Shown: piece by piece, positions 38,594 through 50,930 of the stretch
Layout: each line of letters begins with the position of its first letter
How positions within the stretch are numbered: the stretch's first letter is position 1
DNA from: Octopus bimaculoides
Lineage: Eukaryota
Reading direction: 5' to 3'
DNA length: 54,159 nt
Assembly: GCF_001194135.2 (NCBI RefSeq)
Contig: NC_068994.1
Span: forward strand, 52,886,533-52,940,691
Notes under the pieces: model-generated
Databases searched by the model: none
What the model was told of the DNA's origin: nothing
What the model saw: only the letters and a program-made list of their open reading frames with translations
Made by a program: the position numbers and the translations under genes

Positions 38594-39482
38594 CGACCTA
38601 TGATTTGTACGGCACGGAGTCTACATTGGCACTGCTCCACGGCACATGGGTTAGACAGAACCCTCCACGGCGTAAGTTTAATCTGGCAATTAGGTTAGAC
38701 CGCCCATCTCCACGGCCCACGTTTAATTCGGCACGTAGGCTTGACCCCCCCCCCCCATGACCTCCGTCTATTCCGGCAATTAAGCTAGACTGCTCCTAAC
38801 ACAACAAACAACGTCTACACTCCCCCCTCCTCCATGACTTACATTTCGTAAGACTATTAGCCTAGACCGCCCATCTCCACGGCCCACATTCAATCCGGGA
38901 CATAGGTCAGATTGCGCCCCACCACGGCCTACGATTAACCAGGTAATTAGGCTAGACTGCCACCTTCCTCCATGGCCTATGTCCGATTAGTAAACGTAGG
39001 CCGTAGAAGGGGACAGTCTAGCCTTAGTGCCGGATTGAACGTAGGCCGTGGAGGATGACAGTCGAACTTAAATGTCGGATTAAACGTAGGCCGTTGAGTG
39101 GGCCAGTCTATCCTAATTACCGGATTAAGCTAAGTAACGGATTAAACGTAGACCGTGGAGATAGGCGGACTAGCGACCTATGTTTAATACGGCACTTACG
39201 ATACGGTTAATCCGGCACTTAGGCTAGACAGTCCTTCATCCACGGCCTACGTTTAATACGGCACATCGGCTTGACTGCCAACCTTCCAAGGCCTACGTTT
39301 AATCCGTCACTTAGGCTAGACTGACCTCCTCCTTGGCCCACATTTAATCCGGCACTTTGGCTAGACTGCCCTCTCCACGACCTACGGTTAGACACTTGGG
39401 TTAGACAGCCCTTCCTCAACGGCCTCCGTTTAATCATGCACATGCGCCAGGCTGCCATCTTCCTCTACGGCCTACGTTTAAT
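38594..39482. repeat. GC-rich 45-46-bp minisatellite, about 20 degenerate units, central block inverted
   Basis: Consensus ggctagactgccctcctccacggcctacgtttaatccggcactta; forward ~38594-38982, reverse ~38991-39174, forward ~39175-39482. Confidence 0.9.
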
Positions 39483-39539
39483 GATCTTCCTTCACCTGGA
39501 CATACTTTTAGGCTAGTATATATATATATATATATATAT

Positions 39540-39772
39540 TCTTTTATATGTTTCGATCATTTGACTGCTGCCATGCTGGAGCACCACCTTCATGGGTTTT
39601 AGTCGAACAGGTATTACTCTTTGTAAGCCTAGTACTTATTCTATTGGTGCCTTTAGCCGAACCGCTAGATTACTGGGACATAAATATACCAACATCGGCT
39701 GCTGTCATCGTCTTTGCCATATCCTTGGCATAGGAGGCTAGAGGTTGCTAGCACTTGCCCAAAGTGCAACCC
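39540..39772 (-). mobile_element. SINE family B, 3' part with internal deletion
   Basis: catttgactgctgccatgctggagcaccacc...ctttgtaagcctagtacttattctat...gccgaaccgcta...cacttgcccaaagtgc. Confidence 0.8.
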
Positions 39773-42727
39773 CAGTCTACGGACGGAAGGATAGTGATAA
39801 CAAACCTGGTAAATAAATGTATGATATTTTACCTGAGCAGGCATGAAAAATTAGAAAATCTTCTCTAACGTATAAGTATTTCTTCCTAAGTAGATTATAT
39901 ACAATAATTGTCTTAAATATGCTTGCACAAATCTAATCATTGTTTTTCACGCAGCTGGCGTTTGTGAGTCTGTGTAATATGTTTCAGGAATTAGCTTATA
40001 TGCATATATATTTACACATGCATACATGCATATACGCACGCACACAAACACACACACACACACACACACATGTACACACATACACGCACACAGCATATGT
40101 ACAGAGAGAAAGAGAGACAGAGACAGACAGGGAGAGAGGGAGAGAGAGAGAGAAAGAGACATTTTCACTCACATATATACTTATATACATTTATTATCTG
40201 CTTTGAAATCTTTAATTTACAGCAAAATTTAGTGCAACATAGTGTTGATAAGTTAGACATCAGAAGAGACATTTTCAATTACCAAACATATATTTTATGT
40301 GGGCAGCCGTCTGATGCATGCCCTTAACTCATTAATGCCCAAACTTATACGAACAAAAAGTAGTCCTCTATTATTTATTAAAACAAGAAAAAAAATACCC
40401 CTTAAAAACGAAGTAGCGATTTAATACATACAGTGTGCGCTTTATCAAAGAGTCTGGGCGCTTGGAAGGCGATTCATGCAGTAATATCAAGTATTATTCT
40501 TGAATCGATATAATGTAGTTTACGACGTGGTGGTTAAGGCGTAAGACATCAAAGACTTCCTATCTTTTACAATTACAAAATCAAATACTTATATTTCATT
40601 ACGTTATCTCAAAATGACATATCTACAGAAATAATGAGATAGGAGTCTTGTATTGTATCCATTTAATAATAACCACCAGTAAACTCGTGCCAATAATCTT
40701 TATTATATAGCCACTTTGTTATAATTAGATAAATCTGCCTGCTTGTCATATTTAATCTTGTTTCCCTTCATTTAGATATCAATGTGTCTCTTTACTTCAG
40801 CTACGTTCTCGTATGGTGCAGCAGTATAACTTTCTTCAAACATTGATCAGTCTTTTGATTTTATCTATATTATAAAAATGCCTTTACTTGCAACTTAATA
40901 TATGTGTATATANNNNNNNNNNNNNNNNNNNNNNNNNNNNNNNNNNNNNNNNNNNNNNNNNNNNNNNNNNNNNNNNNNNNNNNNNNNNNNNNNNNNNNNN
41001 NNNNNNNNNNNNNNNNNNNNNNNNNNNNNNNNNNNNNNNNNNNNNNNNNNNNNNNNNNNNNNNNNNAACGGTGCATTGAAATTAAAGTGACTATTGCTTA
41101 AAAGAGGGTTAATGTGTAAATAAGAAAATTCCAGAAAGTTTGACAATAGATATCATTATTTAGAGTGTTTTGTAAATCGATTCTAATTGCCATTTGTGAT
41201 AACTTGTAAAATGATGCACTCATTTAAATAGTAGCGTCTATGACTGTTATAGGGTCACCGAGGATTGAAAGAAAAAGAAAAGAAATTGTTCTGTGACTGA
41301 AGACCTGGTCGCAATGTTTGCAAAAGAATGGATTCCCTGAAATACACTCTACTGTCAGGTTGTGGAGTTGAACCAGTCTACAGATTAAGTCCGTTGCAGA
41401 AGAAAATGAATTGCCACTCTGACAAGCATTCGCACACTTCCTGTCTTCTAAACAGCAATAAAAAAATGTATTGGCCCACCTTGATTTTATCGTAGAAAAC
41501 ACCCTCTACTTTGCTACATTGTAAGATCGAACGTGAAGCTACGTAGTTGCGAGGTTTCTAAATTTTATAGCTATGCCTGCTTACTTTGATTAATACCTTC
41601 TCACATGGGAGACAGAATGTACGAGGAATGTAGTGTGTTTGATTCAATCGGTTATAAATCTAATCTAACAAACGTCCAGTCTTTCATCCAGATGGAAAAA
41701 GTCAATAACCTAATTTGAAATGGAATTGCAACTGATTGGTAAAATAACCGACAAGCAGAGCCATCAAATTGTTTTAATTTCCAGACAAACTACATAATTT
41801 CTGTTTCATTTTTCCATGCCACTAAGAAGAGCATTGATGTAAAAACTTTCCCTTTATTCCAACTTAAACTGCATATGGTTTATACTTACTTAAAAACTGT
41901 GCTGCTTTGGTTCATTTTAAAAATACATTACCAAATAATTGAGTTGATTTCTCTCCGGTGAAATGTGTCGTACTAAACGCAATGTTCTGAATGGCTATCT
42001 TAAAGTTTACGACTTTAAAAGAATAGGTCATAAACCGGTAAAGTCTTCCTATGATTATAACAATGAATCCTTTAATTTGTTCAGATCAAAATGCCAGGTC
42101 AGTAGAAGTAATAAGATCGACATTGACGTATTATCCATTATCCTTTAAACTATTCACAATTTTGGTTGCATCTTAACTGTTAACACGTATTTTGGCCTAA
42201 ATTTCTCTAACATTATGTATCATGAAGCATTATACTTCTATGACTTTGTTTAATGTTCTATTCCTTTATTGAATATTTACGAGTCTTTAATATAATGCAG
42301 TATAGCTTTCTTCAAAGCTTGTTCACTCATTTATTTCTATTCACTTTCTCAACTTCTTTTTATATTTCACCCGAATAATTAAATTATTATTACATTTATA
42401 CGAATCTGGTGAAGTGGCAGAATCATCTGAGCTTCACAATAACTGAACTACGGTACATAATTTCTACTTTCTCCATTCTGAACTGAAATCCTGATGGGTC
42501 AGCTTAGATTTACCCTTTGTTGATAATAGAATAAGCACCGAAATTTACAAAACTGTTAGTATGAATTTAATATAAAGGAAACCCTTTCTAACATGTTGTC
42601 CTGTCCAAAGGAAGACATATAGTGTGATTCTATTTTTCGTTTCCATCTGAATTATCATGCACAATCAAAAGAAACAAATTTTTAGAAATTTACATCAATA
42701 CATGTCAATGAAGCAGAGTTCATACGG

Positions 42728-42765
<38 letters not shown>

Positions 42766-42889
42766 ACTATTTGCATTGCCTTCGATAATAATAGCAATAT
42801 TAATACCTATATAAATATCCAATCCTGTATATTTTCTCCTGATATATAGATATGTATTTATATATAAAGAAATGAGAGAATCGGAAAAT

Positions 42890-43130
42890 GGAATTCACGA
42901 GGATCTTTATTCATCACAAAGAACTTTTCAACCCAACTTGCATCGGACCCTTGCGGGTGACATAGTACACTACCGGTTGTGTTGCGTCCTCCAATGCAGT
43001 TATGTCTCCTCAGGTACCTTGCTTTAAAGACGATACCTCGCTCAATATCGTCAGTCTCGCTTGTTTCGATTACACGGCATGTTGTTATTGCCAGTAGATT
43101 GTCACCGACATGAGGTATACATGAATATTG
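42890..43130 (-). mobile_element. Possible Penelope-like GIY-YIG endonuclease relic
   Basis: Minus frames GNNNMPCNRNK (cf. GxxPCxRxRC) followed by QPVVYYVTRKGPMQVG (cf. NVVYxITCxxCxxQYVGET). Confidence 0.4.
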
Positions 43131-43214
43131 AAAGTGCCATAATCAGCATAATACATGGTGAATACCCAAAACCCAATCATCATTTTATTTACATATATAT
43201 ATATATATATATAT

Positions 43215-43390
43215 TCTTCTATTCTTTTATTTGTTTCAGTCATTTGACTGCGGCCATCCTGGAGCACTACCTTTAGTCAAACAAATCGACCTCAGGGGTT
43301 ATTCTATCGCACTCTTTTGCCGAATCGCACCACACCAACACACCAACACTGGTTGTCAAGCGATGGTGGGGACACAAACACACACACACA
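43215..43390 (-). mobile_element. SINE family B, 3' half
   Basis: ttgtttcagtcatttgactgcggccatcctggagcactacctttagtc...ggttgtcaagcgatggtggggacacaaacac. Confidence 0.85.
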
Positions 43391-43711
43391 CACGTGCGTG
43401 TGTGTGTGTGTGTGATTTGTTGCAATTCTGATTTTGATTTGATTTTGATTTTATATGTCATAATTGGAAAAAATTAACATAGTGTTTTACAAGTTTCCGA
43501 CATACCAATCAATAACTCACCGAACTGTTAATAGCAAGCGTAACCAAGAAATGTCGGTGTGTCGCAGCTAAGTGCCTACTCTCGTTAAGAAACATATTTC
43601 GATGGTGTGCAACGAAGAACGGTACATGAACACACGTATACGCATACACACCACACATACATACAGACAAATATACACAGACATACATGCCCTTTCGACT
43701 ACACACAGAAA

Positions 43712-43880
43712 GCCTGAAATTTTCGGGATGGATGGTTAGTCAATTACATCGACTCCAGTGCCCAACTGGTATTTATTTTACCGAACCTGAATGGAGGAAA
43801 AGCAAAGTCGACCACGACGGAATTTGTGCTCAGAACGTAAAGACATGTTGAAGCATGTTAAAGATTCTGCCAGATCGCCT
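43712..43880 (-). mobile_element. SINE family A with deletion
   Basis: gcctgaaattttcggg...acatcgactccagtgcccaactggta...aaagtcgaccacgacggaatttgtgctcagaacgtaaagac...gattctgccagatcgcc. Confidence 0.8.
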
Positions 43881-44239
43881 TTTAGATATATATCGTCTCG
43901 TGTAGATATTGAGTCCTTTTTCTTCGTTTGTAAGCACAAGCGTCTGTCAAAATGTATACTTTCCTTAAACTGTTGAACATTTTCTCCGGACAAAGTTATA
44001 AAAGCCTAAATTTGAAGAGCAAAATGAGAAATCTCCTAGAAAGTACGTCCCGAAAGGTGACTAAGTTTCTGGCAAATTCTATGGAGTTGGGATTTTAAGT
44101 GTGGCTGAGTATTATATTATTTTTAACGAGTTTTAAAGCATATTTTCATGCTAACCCCTAACATATAATAGTCCTTTCTAATATAAGTACAAACCCTAAC
44201 ATTTAGGAAAAGGACGCTAGGAAAATACATGAACCCTAC

Positions 44240-44425
44240 TACTTGACTCCGAAGGGACAACCGATGCTGGTGTGTTTACATCCCCGTAACTTAACGGTTC
44301 GACAAAAGAGACCGATAGTATAAGTACTAGGCTTACAAAGAATAAGCCCTAGGGGCGATTTGCTCGACTAAAGGCGGTGCTCCAGCATGGCCGCAGTCAA
44401 AAGACTGAAACAAATAAAAGAGTAA
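44240..44425 (+). mobile_element. SINE family B, 3' half
   Basis: aaccgatgctggtgtgtttacatccccgtaactt...aagtactaggcttacaaagaataag...ggcggtgctccagcatggccgcagtcaaaagactgaaacaaataaaag. Confidence 0.85.
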
Positions 44426-44553
44426 TGAGTAAAAAGAGAGAGAAAAATAAGCCTAATGAATATTATATAATTATCAGTTTAATACCACAAAGAGAATTAA
44501 ATATACTCTGAATGTGGCAGAATACGCTTTGCAGCATATTGAATTCATTCATG

Positions 44554-44693
44554 TTGGTTTCAAATTTTGGAAGAACACCAACAATTTTGGCGGGAAGAGG
44601 TAAGTCGATAACATGGAATCAGTGCTTAACTGGTACTTATTTTATCACTCCGAAGGGATGAAAGCTTAATTTGATTGCGGTGGATTGAACTCA
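44554..44693 (-). mobile_element. SINE family A, 5'-truncated
   Basis: ttggtttcaaattttgg...aagtcgataacat...cagtgcttaactggtacttattttatc...gggatgaaag...gattgaactca. Confidence 0.7.
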
Positions 44694-44715
44694 TTCATAT
44701 TGATAAAACGTTTAA

Positions 44716-44911
44716 GACGGCGAGCAGGTAGAATTGTTTGTACACCAGGCAAAATGAGCGACGTTTCGCCCGTCTTTACTTTGAATTTTAATTTCGTCGA
44801 GGTCGACTAGGCATTTCATCCTTTCGGAGTCGGTAAAATAAGGACCAATTGAAATCGACCATTTGTTCCCCTGAAATTGCTGATCTTGGACCAAAATTCG
44901 AAACCAATATT
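44716..44911 (+). mobile_element. SINE family A
   Basis: gacggcgagcaggtagaattgtt...gaggtcgactaggcatttcatcctttcggagtcg...ccaaaattcgaaaccaatatt. Confidence 0.8.
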
Positions 44912-46745
44912 GATAAGACATTTGGAAAAGTATTAACTTTTAAATATCATTTCAGACTATCTGTAGAATAAGTTTTGTCAGAAATATGCTAGCCGCATGG
45001 GTTTCCTTAGCTGTATCTATAAATTGTTGGGTCTTCGTAGCACCACAGCAAATATTGCCACTGAACTAAACAATGTAGATTTGCAGTGACCTAGTGTATA
45101 ATTCTTGTATTAAAAACAAAGCAACAAAATATTTATTAAGTATTGGTATAATCTTGAAGAAACCAACTGCTTTTCTATACGTTATTAAAGAAAACATGAT
45201 GGTGAGGCAAACTCGTAATGCCAATGGATATTTTTAACATAAGTCAAAAGGGTTTCGTTTTAAACACAGATCGAAATCGCGACATGTCTTCAATTTCCAT
45301 CAGCTTAATTTTTACACAACCTCAATGTACAATAGCTTACATTGCATTATTCTGATATCTATTACGTCTCTTTCTGTTTGACGCTCAAATCACTCGCTTT
45401 GTGATATCATTCATTTCAATTTTTTTTTTAGATGCTTTAAGAACGTTCTAGTCGTATACTGAGATATTGGTTTATCAACTAATCGCATATTGACATATGC
45501 GTTACCATGTATCAGTTAATAATTTGTCTCTGAATTTGTCTGCCTGCTTTTGAAGGTGTAATTCAAGGTCGACTGGGGCAGCGAGTGTTTTATCCTCTCC
45601 GCCGAAAATTCGAAGCTAATGAGCCAATGTCTATACTCATAACTCTTCTACTGACGGTCAGACTGGTTATTAATTCGTTTATCCACCAGTAGTAGCATAG
45701 TTGTGTGCTCCTTTATTAATTCTACAGACTTGGCATTTTGATCAAACGCAACGAGATTTAACGATTCACTTTTATATCTACATTGAATCTCTTGCTTTAA
45801 TTTCAAAGTTTTCTTAATATTGTCTATCGTCTTCAGATTATTACTCTTACAGAACATTAAGTCTATTTCATTTCTTTATAAGTTCTCTTTAGAAAACTTT
45901 GTTCTCTGAAGTAAAATGGCCATATCGTGCAACGGAACATCCATAAAAGTCAAGTATCGAAGTTCTTTAGACAGTTATTCATATTTATTTTAGTAAACAA
46001 CAGTAGAAGAAAGTATAGTATAGTAAGGAGAGATAAGAGTAATAAGACAGTAATGCGGGATCAATCTCAGGCTGAAATTTCTTAGCTGACTTCTCTAGCA
46101 AAATAAAAGCCCGTATTTCTCTACTGTTTCAGTAGAGTTGCAAGAGCAGCGGACCAAATTTTCCTTGCAATATTTACTTACATTTAGAATCAGAATCACG
46201 CCGAGGCCAACTGTGCATTCATTTTTTCTGTCTGATGTTAAAAGAAATGACATCACGTACGGGTTGTCGATCTGATACTCTGTTTCCGATATTAGCAGAG
46301 ATTTTTACCCATGTTTCAATGCTAGAAATCAATATTTGATATTAGTCTCCGGTGCAACGTAACCGAATAGCGGAAACCCGAACAAAAGAAAATTGTCGCT
46401 CGGTTTCTATTATTAGCTAAATATCCAATTCCGTCTTTCGTAAATAGGCAACAGCCGATAATGGTGTTCTTTACACTTATAGCGATCTGTATTGGCTATT
46501 CAAAGGACTGATATTATTGTAAAGATAGCCACTCTGATACTCTTAACTCTTCATATTTATGATCAAAATTATTTCATATACGACCATAGTGTTCGGTTTA
46601 TCTTGGACTATTATCTAATGCGTTCTTTACTTCATACAAGGCTTCATAGTGAAATCTGAGGGATGATTGGTTATTATTTCTAGTAAAACAAGCTACCATA
46701 CTGATGCTACCTATAATTTGTGTTAAAATTGTTTACATCATAAGC

Positions 46746-47187
46746 GCAGGCATGGATGTGTGGTAAGAAGCTTGCTTCCCAACCGCATAGTTCCCGGTTC
46801 AGTCACACTCCGTGACACCTCGGGTGAGTATCTTTGACAATACCATCGGGCCGAATAAGGCTCTCTGGGTGGATTTGGTAGACGGAAACTGAAAGAATCC
46901 TGCCTCATATATGTGTGTGTACGTGCGCGTGTGTATTCGTGTATGTGTGTGAGTGTGAGAGCGTATGTATGTCTGTATGTATGTGTATTACTGTCTTTAT
47001 GTCTGTGATTCCCCTCCCCTGCACACTGCACTGCTTAACAATCAGTGTTGGTGTTTACGTCCACTGTAACGTAGCGGTTCAATAAAAGAGAGCGACAGAA
47101 TAAGTACGACTCGTTTGGCTAATATTATTCAATGTCGTGCTACAGCATGGCCGAAGACTAATGACTAAAGCAAATAAACGATAAAAG
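46746..47187 (+). mobile_element. SINE family B, full length, diverged
   Basis: Head gcaggcatggatgtgtggtaagaagcttgcttcccaaccgcatagttcccggttcagtc, internal (GT)n, tail gtgctacagcatggccgaagactaatgactaaagcaaataaa. Confidence 0.8.
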
Positions 47188-48214
47188 ATTTAAATACGGG
47201 ACGGCTGAACGTCTCGTTCTTAATCACACTTAACCGGTCCATAATATTATCAAAGACATTCCAGTCACGATCATCCTACCAGTCATGTAGCAACAGTCAA
47301 CCTGGTGTTAATTTACATAATGAGCGATATATGAAGCTTGACTGGTATAATTTGAGAACATGTTGGTTGTATATTTAGCAAGTTGAAGGATCGCTAAGAA
47401 AATTCCATTAGTGACTTCTGAAAGATTCGGGTCACATGAGCAGCTAAAATCATAGAAACATCATGATTATCAAATCAAATAAAAGTAATTACAATAGCTT
47501 TAGGCACGAAAATCTATCAAATACTTTCGAGCATGAAAGTTTTCGGAATTTTTCTAAGCTAAAGTATAACTAAAAATTTAAATAAGACGACATCTTTCAA
47601 AATATATAATTCATATGTAATCTTTAAAGATGATATCTTTTTGATAAAGCAAGCATGAATGTAGCATCTATATTCCCTATACAAACGTGGAATGTCATTA
47701 TCGTAATTCATTTATTAATTCAGTTAAGCACAGATTATTTAATAATAACAAGATTACATGTCATAAGGCATGAGAGAACTATTGAAATCTTCTTAATTAT
47801 TCATATCAAAAATAAACCTTTGGAAATTATGTAAATCAAAATAAGAATCCGTGATAAGGACTACATTAGTTGCAGCAAATTAAGAAAATATACATTCTAA
47901 GTAGCAGTTTCATTGGCTGCGATTCTAAATATACATCATGCATAAACAACAAGAAAAAAAATCATTACAGGCTGGTACAACGGATGCTCTCAGTGATGTA
48001 TATTTAAAATAGCTCTTTCAGGAACATGTGTTGAATATCTTATTCCAAAGTGCGAGAGTTTATTAAATTCAGTTAAACCAAAGATTTTGTGAATGAAAAA
48101 AAAAATTCGACGAACAATCGAGGAAATGTAAGTCCTTCGCACGCTTCGATGTGAACCATTACGTGGGTGTATGTGTACGGATAGGAATATACATATATAT
48201 GTGTGTATGCGAAA

Positions 48215-48255
<41 letters not shown>

Positions 48256-48278
48256 CATATATACACTGCGTGCCATCA

Positions 48279-48444
48279 GCAGGAGTGGCTGTGTGGTAAG
48301 TAGCTTGCTTACCAACCACATAGTTCTGGGTTCAATCCTACTGCGTGGCACCTTGAGTAAGTGTCTTCTACTATAGCCTCGGGCCGACCAAAACTATGTG
48401 AGTGGATTTAGCAGACGGAAAACTGAAAGAAGCCCGTCGTATAT
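48279..48444 (+). mobile_element. SINE family B, 5' portion, well preserved
   Basis: A-box-like tggctgtgtgg, B-box ggttcaatcc, central ccttgagtaagtgtcttc; truncated where other copies carry the microsatellite. Confidence 0.9.
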
Positions 48445-50569
48445 CAAAAGAAAAGCAACAGTGGTTAATACAATCAATTCATCAACAAGGTAATTTCCAT
48501 GATGCACAATTAGTGTGTATCATGTCTACAGAGAGTAAACAAGTAAATAACTGTTGTAAAATAAACAGAAAACAATTTTAAATAGCAATAAATAGTAAGA
48601 TATATAGCACAGATGCGTTGTCTACTTCAAAAAGGCTACGGAGAGATAAATCTGATGTGACTATTTGCATAGAAACAACAGATTTATCGAAAACAATAAC
48701 GTTAGTCATTGACGGTTAAAATGTCTAACTAATGCATGATAGGGAAATTCAAGAACGGTCAAGTAGATGGAGGTCATATAACGGCCAAGTAGAGTATGAA
48801 TGAAAGATATTGGTACGGAAATAAAATAGAGAAATACGATAATAGAAATCGAGACGTATTTATTTATATTCACATTGGAACAACTTTCAAGACACATTAG
48901 AACAGACACCTCTTTATGCATGTGTATGTATCATTTGTGTGTACGTGTGTGTGTGTGTGCGCGCGTGTGTATAAGTGAGGGTCTATCTGCTACTTGTCTA
49001 TGTATATATGTATATATGTATGTATATATATATGTGTGTGAAGGTACGTGGTTCAGTATTTAGAGCAGGGGTTCTACTAAGTCCAAGTTTTGGTTACGCG
49101 TTGCACTTTCCAGTGTTTCTCTTTTTGATACACACACATACATATACACACACACACACTCATGCACACAGACGCGCACACATAAATATAGAGAGAGACG
49201 GGGAGAAAGAGCGAGAATGAGAAGAAGAGAATAAAAGAGAGAATCCTGTGTGTTTGAATTGACTTTTGGCGAGACTCAGTTCTGCTGCAGCATTTATGTA
49301 CGACTGAATAATCTTTACTTCTGTCAATCGCTACTCTGCATTTTATATCTTACACGTACGATAGAATGAATAAAAAAAATCAAATAGTGAAGGTTATATA
49401 ATCAACAAAATATATTTGAAGGCGGTGTACCAGCATAATCGCTTAATCGAAATCAAATCACTGGCACCAGTTAGAAGAATAATAAAGAAGGTAGTGTCTA
49501 ACACTAAGTAACTGTTGAACGCGTGAGAATACTTTTTCTTCATTGAATTCAACATTTAACAGGGAAAATGATAAATAAACGAGAATAAAACATATTAGAA
49601 GAAACTATTAATCGAGTGTTCTCATTCTGAGATTGTGTAACATCTATAGCTTTTCTAGGTTTCATTAGCTACTCGAGGGAATTCATACAGATCGATTATC
49701 AACGCAAAACAAAAATGAAATGGAATAAAATAAAATGAACAAACTTATCTTATACTGAATTAATATTAACCTCACAAAAGAAATATTTTGCGGGTGAATA
49801 CATATAATCGATCAAATTGACTCTTACATATTATTTGCAAGTTATTTGTATAGATCCACAGAAGCATGAAATGTAAATACCAATCGGGTGGAATTTTAAA
49901 CTGCAATCGGAACTAGAAGGAAAACAAATACAGCAATATAATTGACTGTTTGGCGTGTTGAATTCTCATGTCATCTCTAAGGCCCCACAATCAAGAAACT
50001 ATTGATTTCTATATAGCGAATTGGTAAATTCGTTAGAACGTCAGATGTAACGCATTGCATCATAAACTCCGTTTTTCTGTGCAATTTTGAGTTCCAATTG
50101 TACAGAGGTAAACTTTGTCTTTCAATCAACCGCAGTGAAACGATAAAATAACGATTGATACTGATGAACTTATGTTCACATTGATGATCTGTGATATATT
50201 TTACCGCTCTTTTGCTTTCTGGGTTCAAAATCTGACATGCCTACTTATCTGACTATAAGAACACTTGAAGTTACAAAAGACTAGTCTGAACAGCTCAGAT
50301 TATAATCCGCACAGATAATCCGAGACCATTTTCCTGAGTCATTCATCCAGCATTGGGTTTACACCTGCATAGAATGCAACGAGAAAGCCATGAGAAATAC
50401 AACGATCTTAAATAAACACGATTCTACTTCTACTATTTTTCTTTCTCTCCAAACTTTGTTTTTCCCACTCTCATACAAACACAGACATTCTCTCTTTCTT
50501 TCTCTTCCTCTCTTTCTTTCTCTTCCTCTCTTTCTTTCCCCCTCTCTCTTTCTTTCTGTATCTTTCAAT

Positions 50570-50615
<46 letters not shown>

Positions 50616-50654
50616 NNNNNNNNNNNNNNNNNNNNNNNNNNNNNNNNNNNNNCT

Positions 50655-50930
50655 GTAATTAACTTACCAGGTCTCATGAAGCTGTAGTGGATGACACCAG
50701 CGCTGGACAACCAAACAGACACCATTAGATTATTTTGATGAATACTCTTTATTGGATTTGTGTCTTGGCATTTCGTGTCTATCTAATCACCGTGCAGAAC
50801 GCTCGCTATAGTTGAAAAGAATCAGAGCAAGGGGATCCGAACAAACACTAAAAGTCATTTTGTCAACTTCCAAGCTGTTTTGCACGTTTAACATTCTAAC
50901 ACCGTACAACGAGAATACGTGTACGAAAGC
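50655..50930 (-). mobile_element. Mariner transposase fragment
   Basis: HQNNLMVSVWLSSAGVIHYSFMRPGKLIT closely matches the mariner HxKKxMxxVWWSxxGVIHYxFLxPGxTI motif; upstream RSAR*LDRHEMPRH matches RSAQWLDxxExPK. Cut by the (CT)n run and gap. Confidence 0.8.

Noticed and set aside
38594-39482. CRISPR array
   Set aside because: Units are contiguous degenerate tandem repeats without unique spacers; no cas genes; eukaryotic context.
29555-50175. Other CTGATGA/CTGAAGA sites (~29559, ~33513, ~50161) as hammerheads
   Set aside because: None is followed by a stem II hairpin and GAAA.
50662-50705. Apparent minus-strand exon with AG/GTAAGT sites (AGVIHYSFMRPG)
   Set aside because: The peptide is part of a continuous mariner transposase motif extending past both apparent splice sites.
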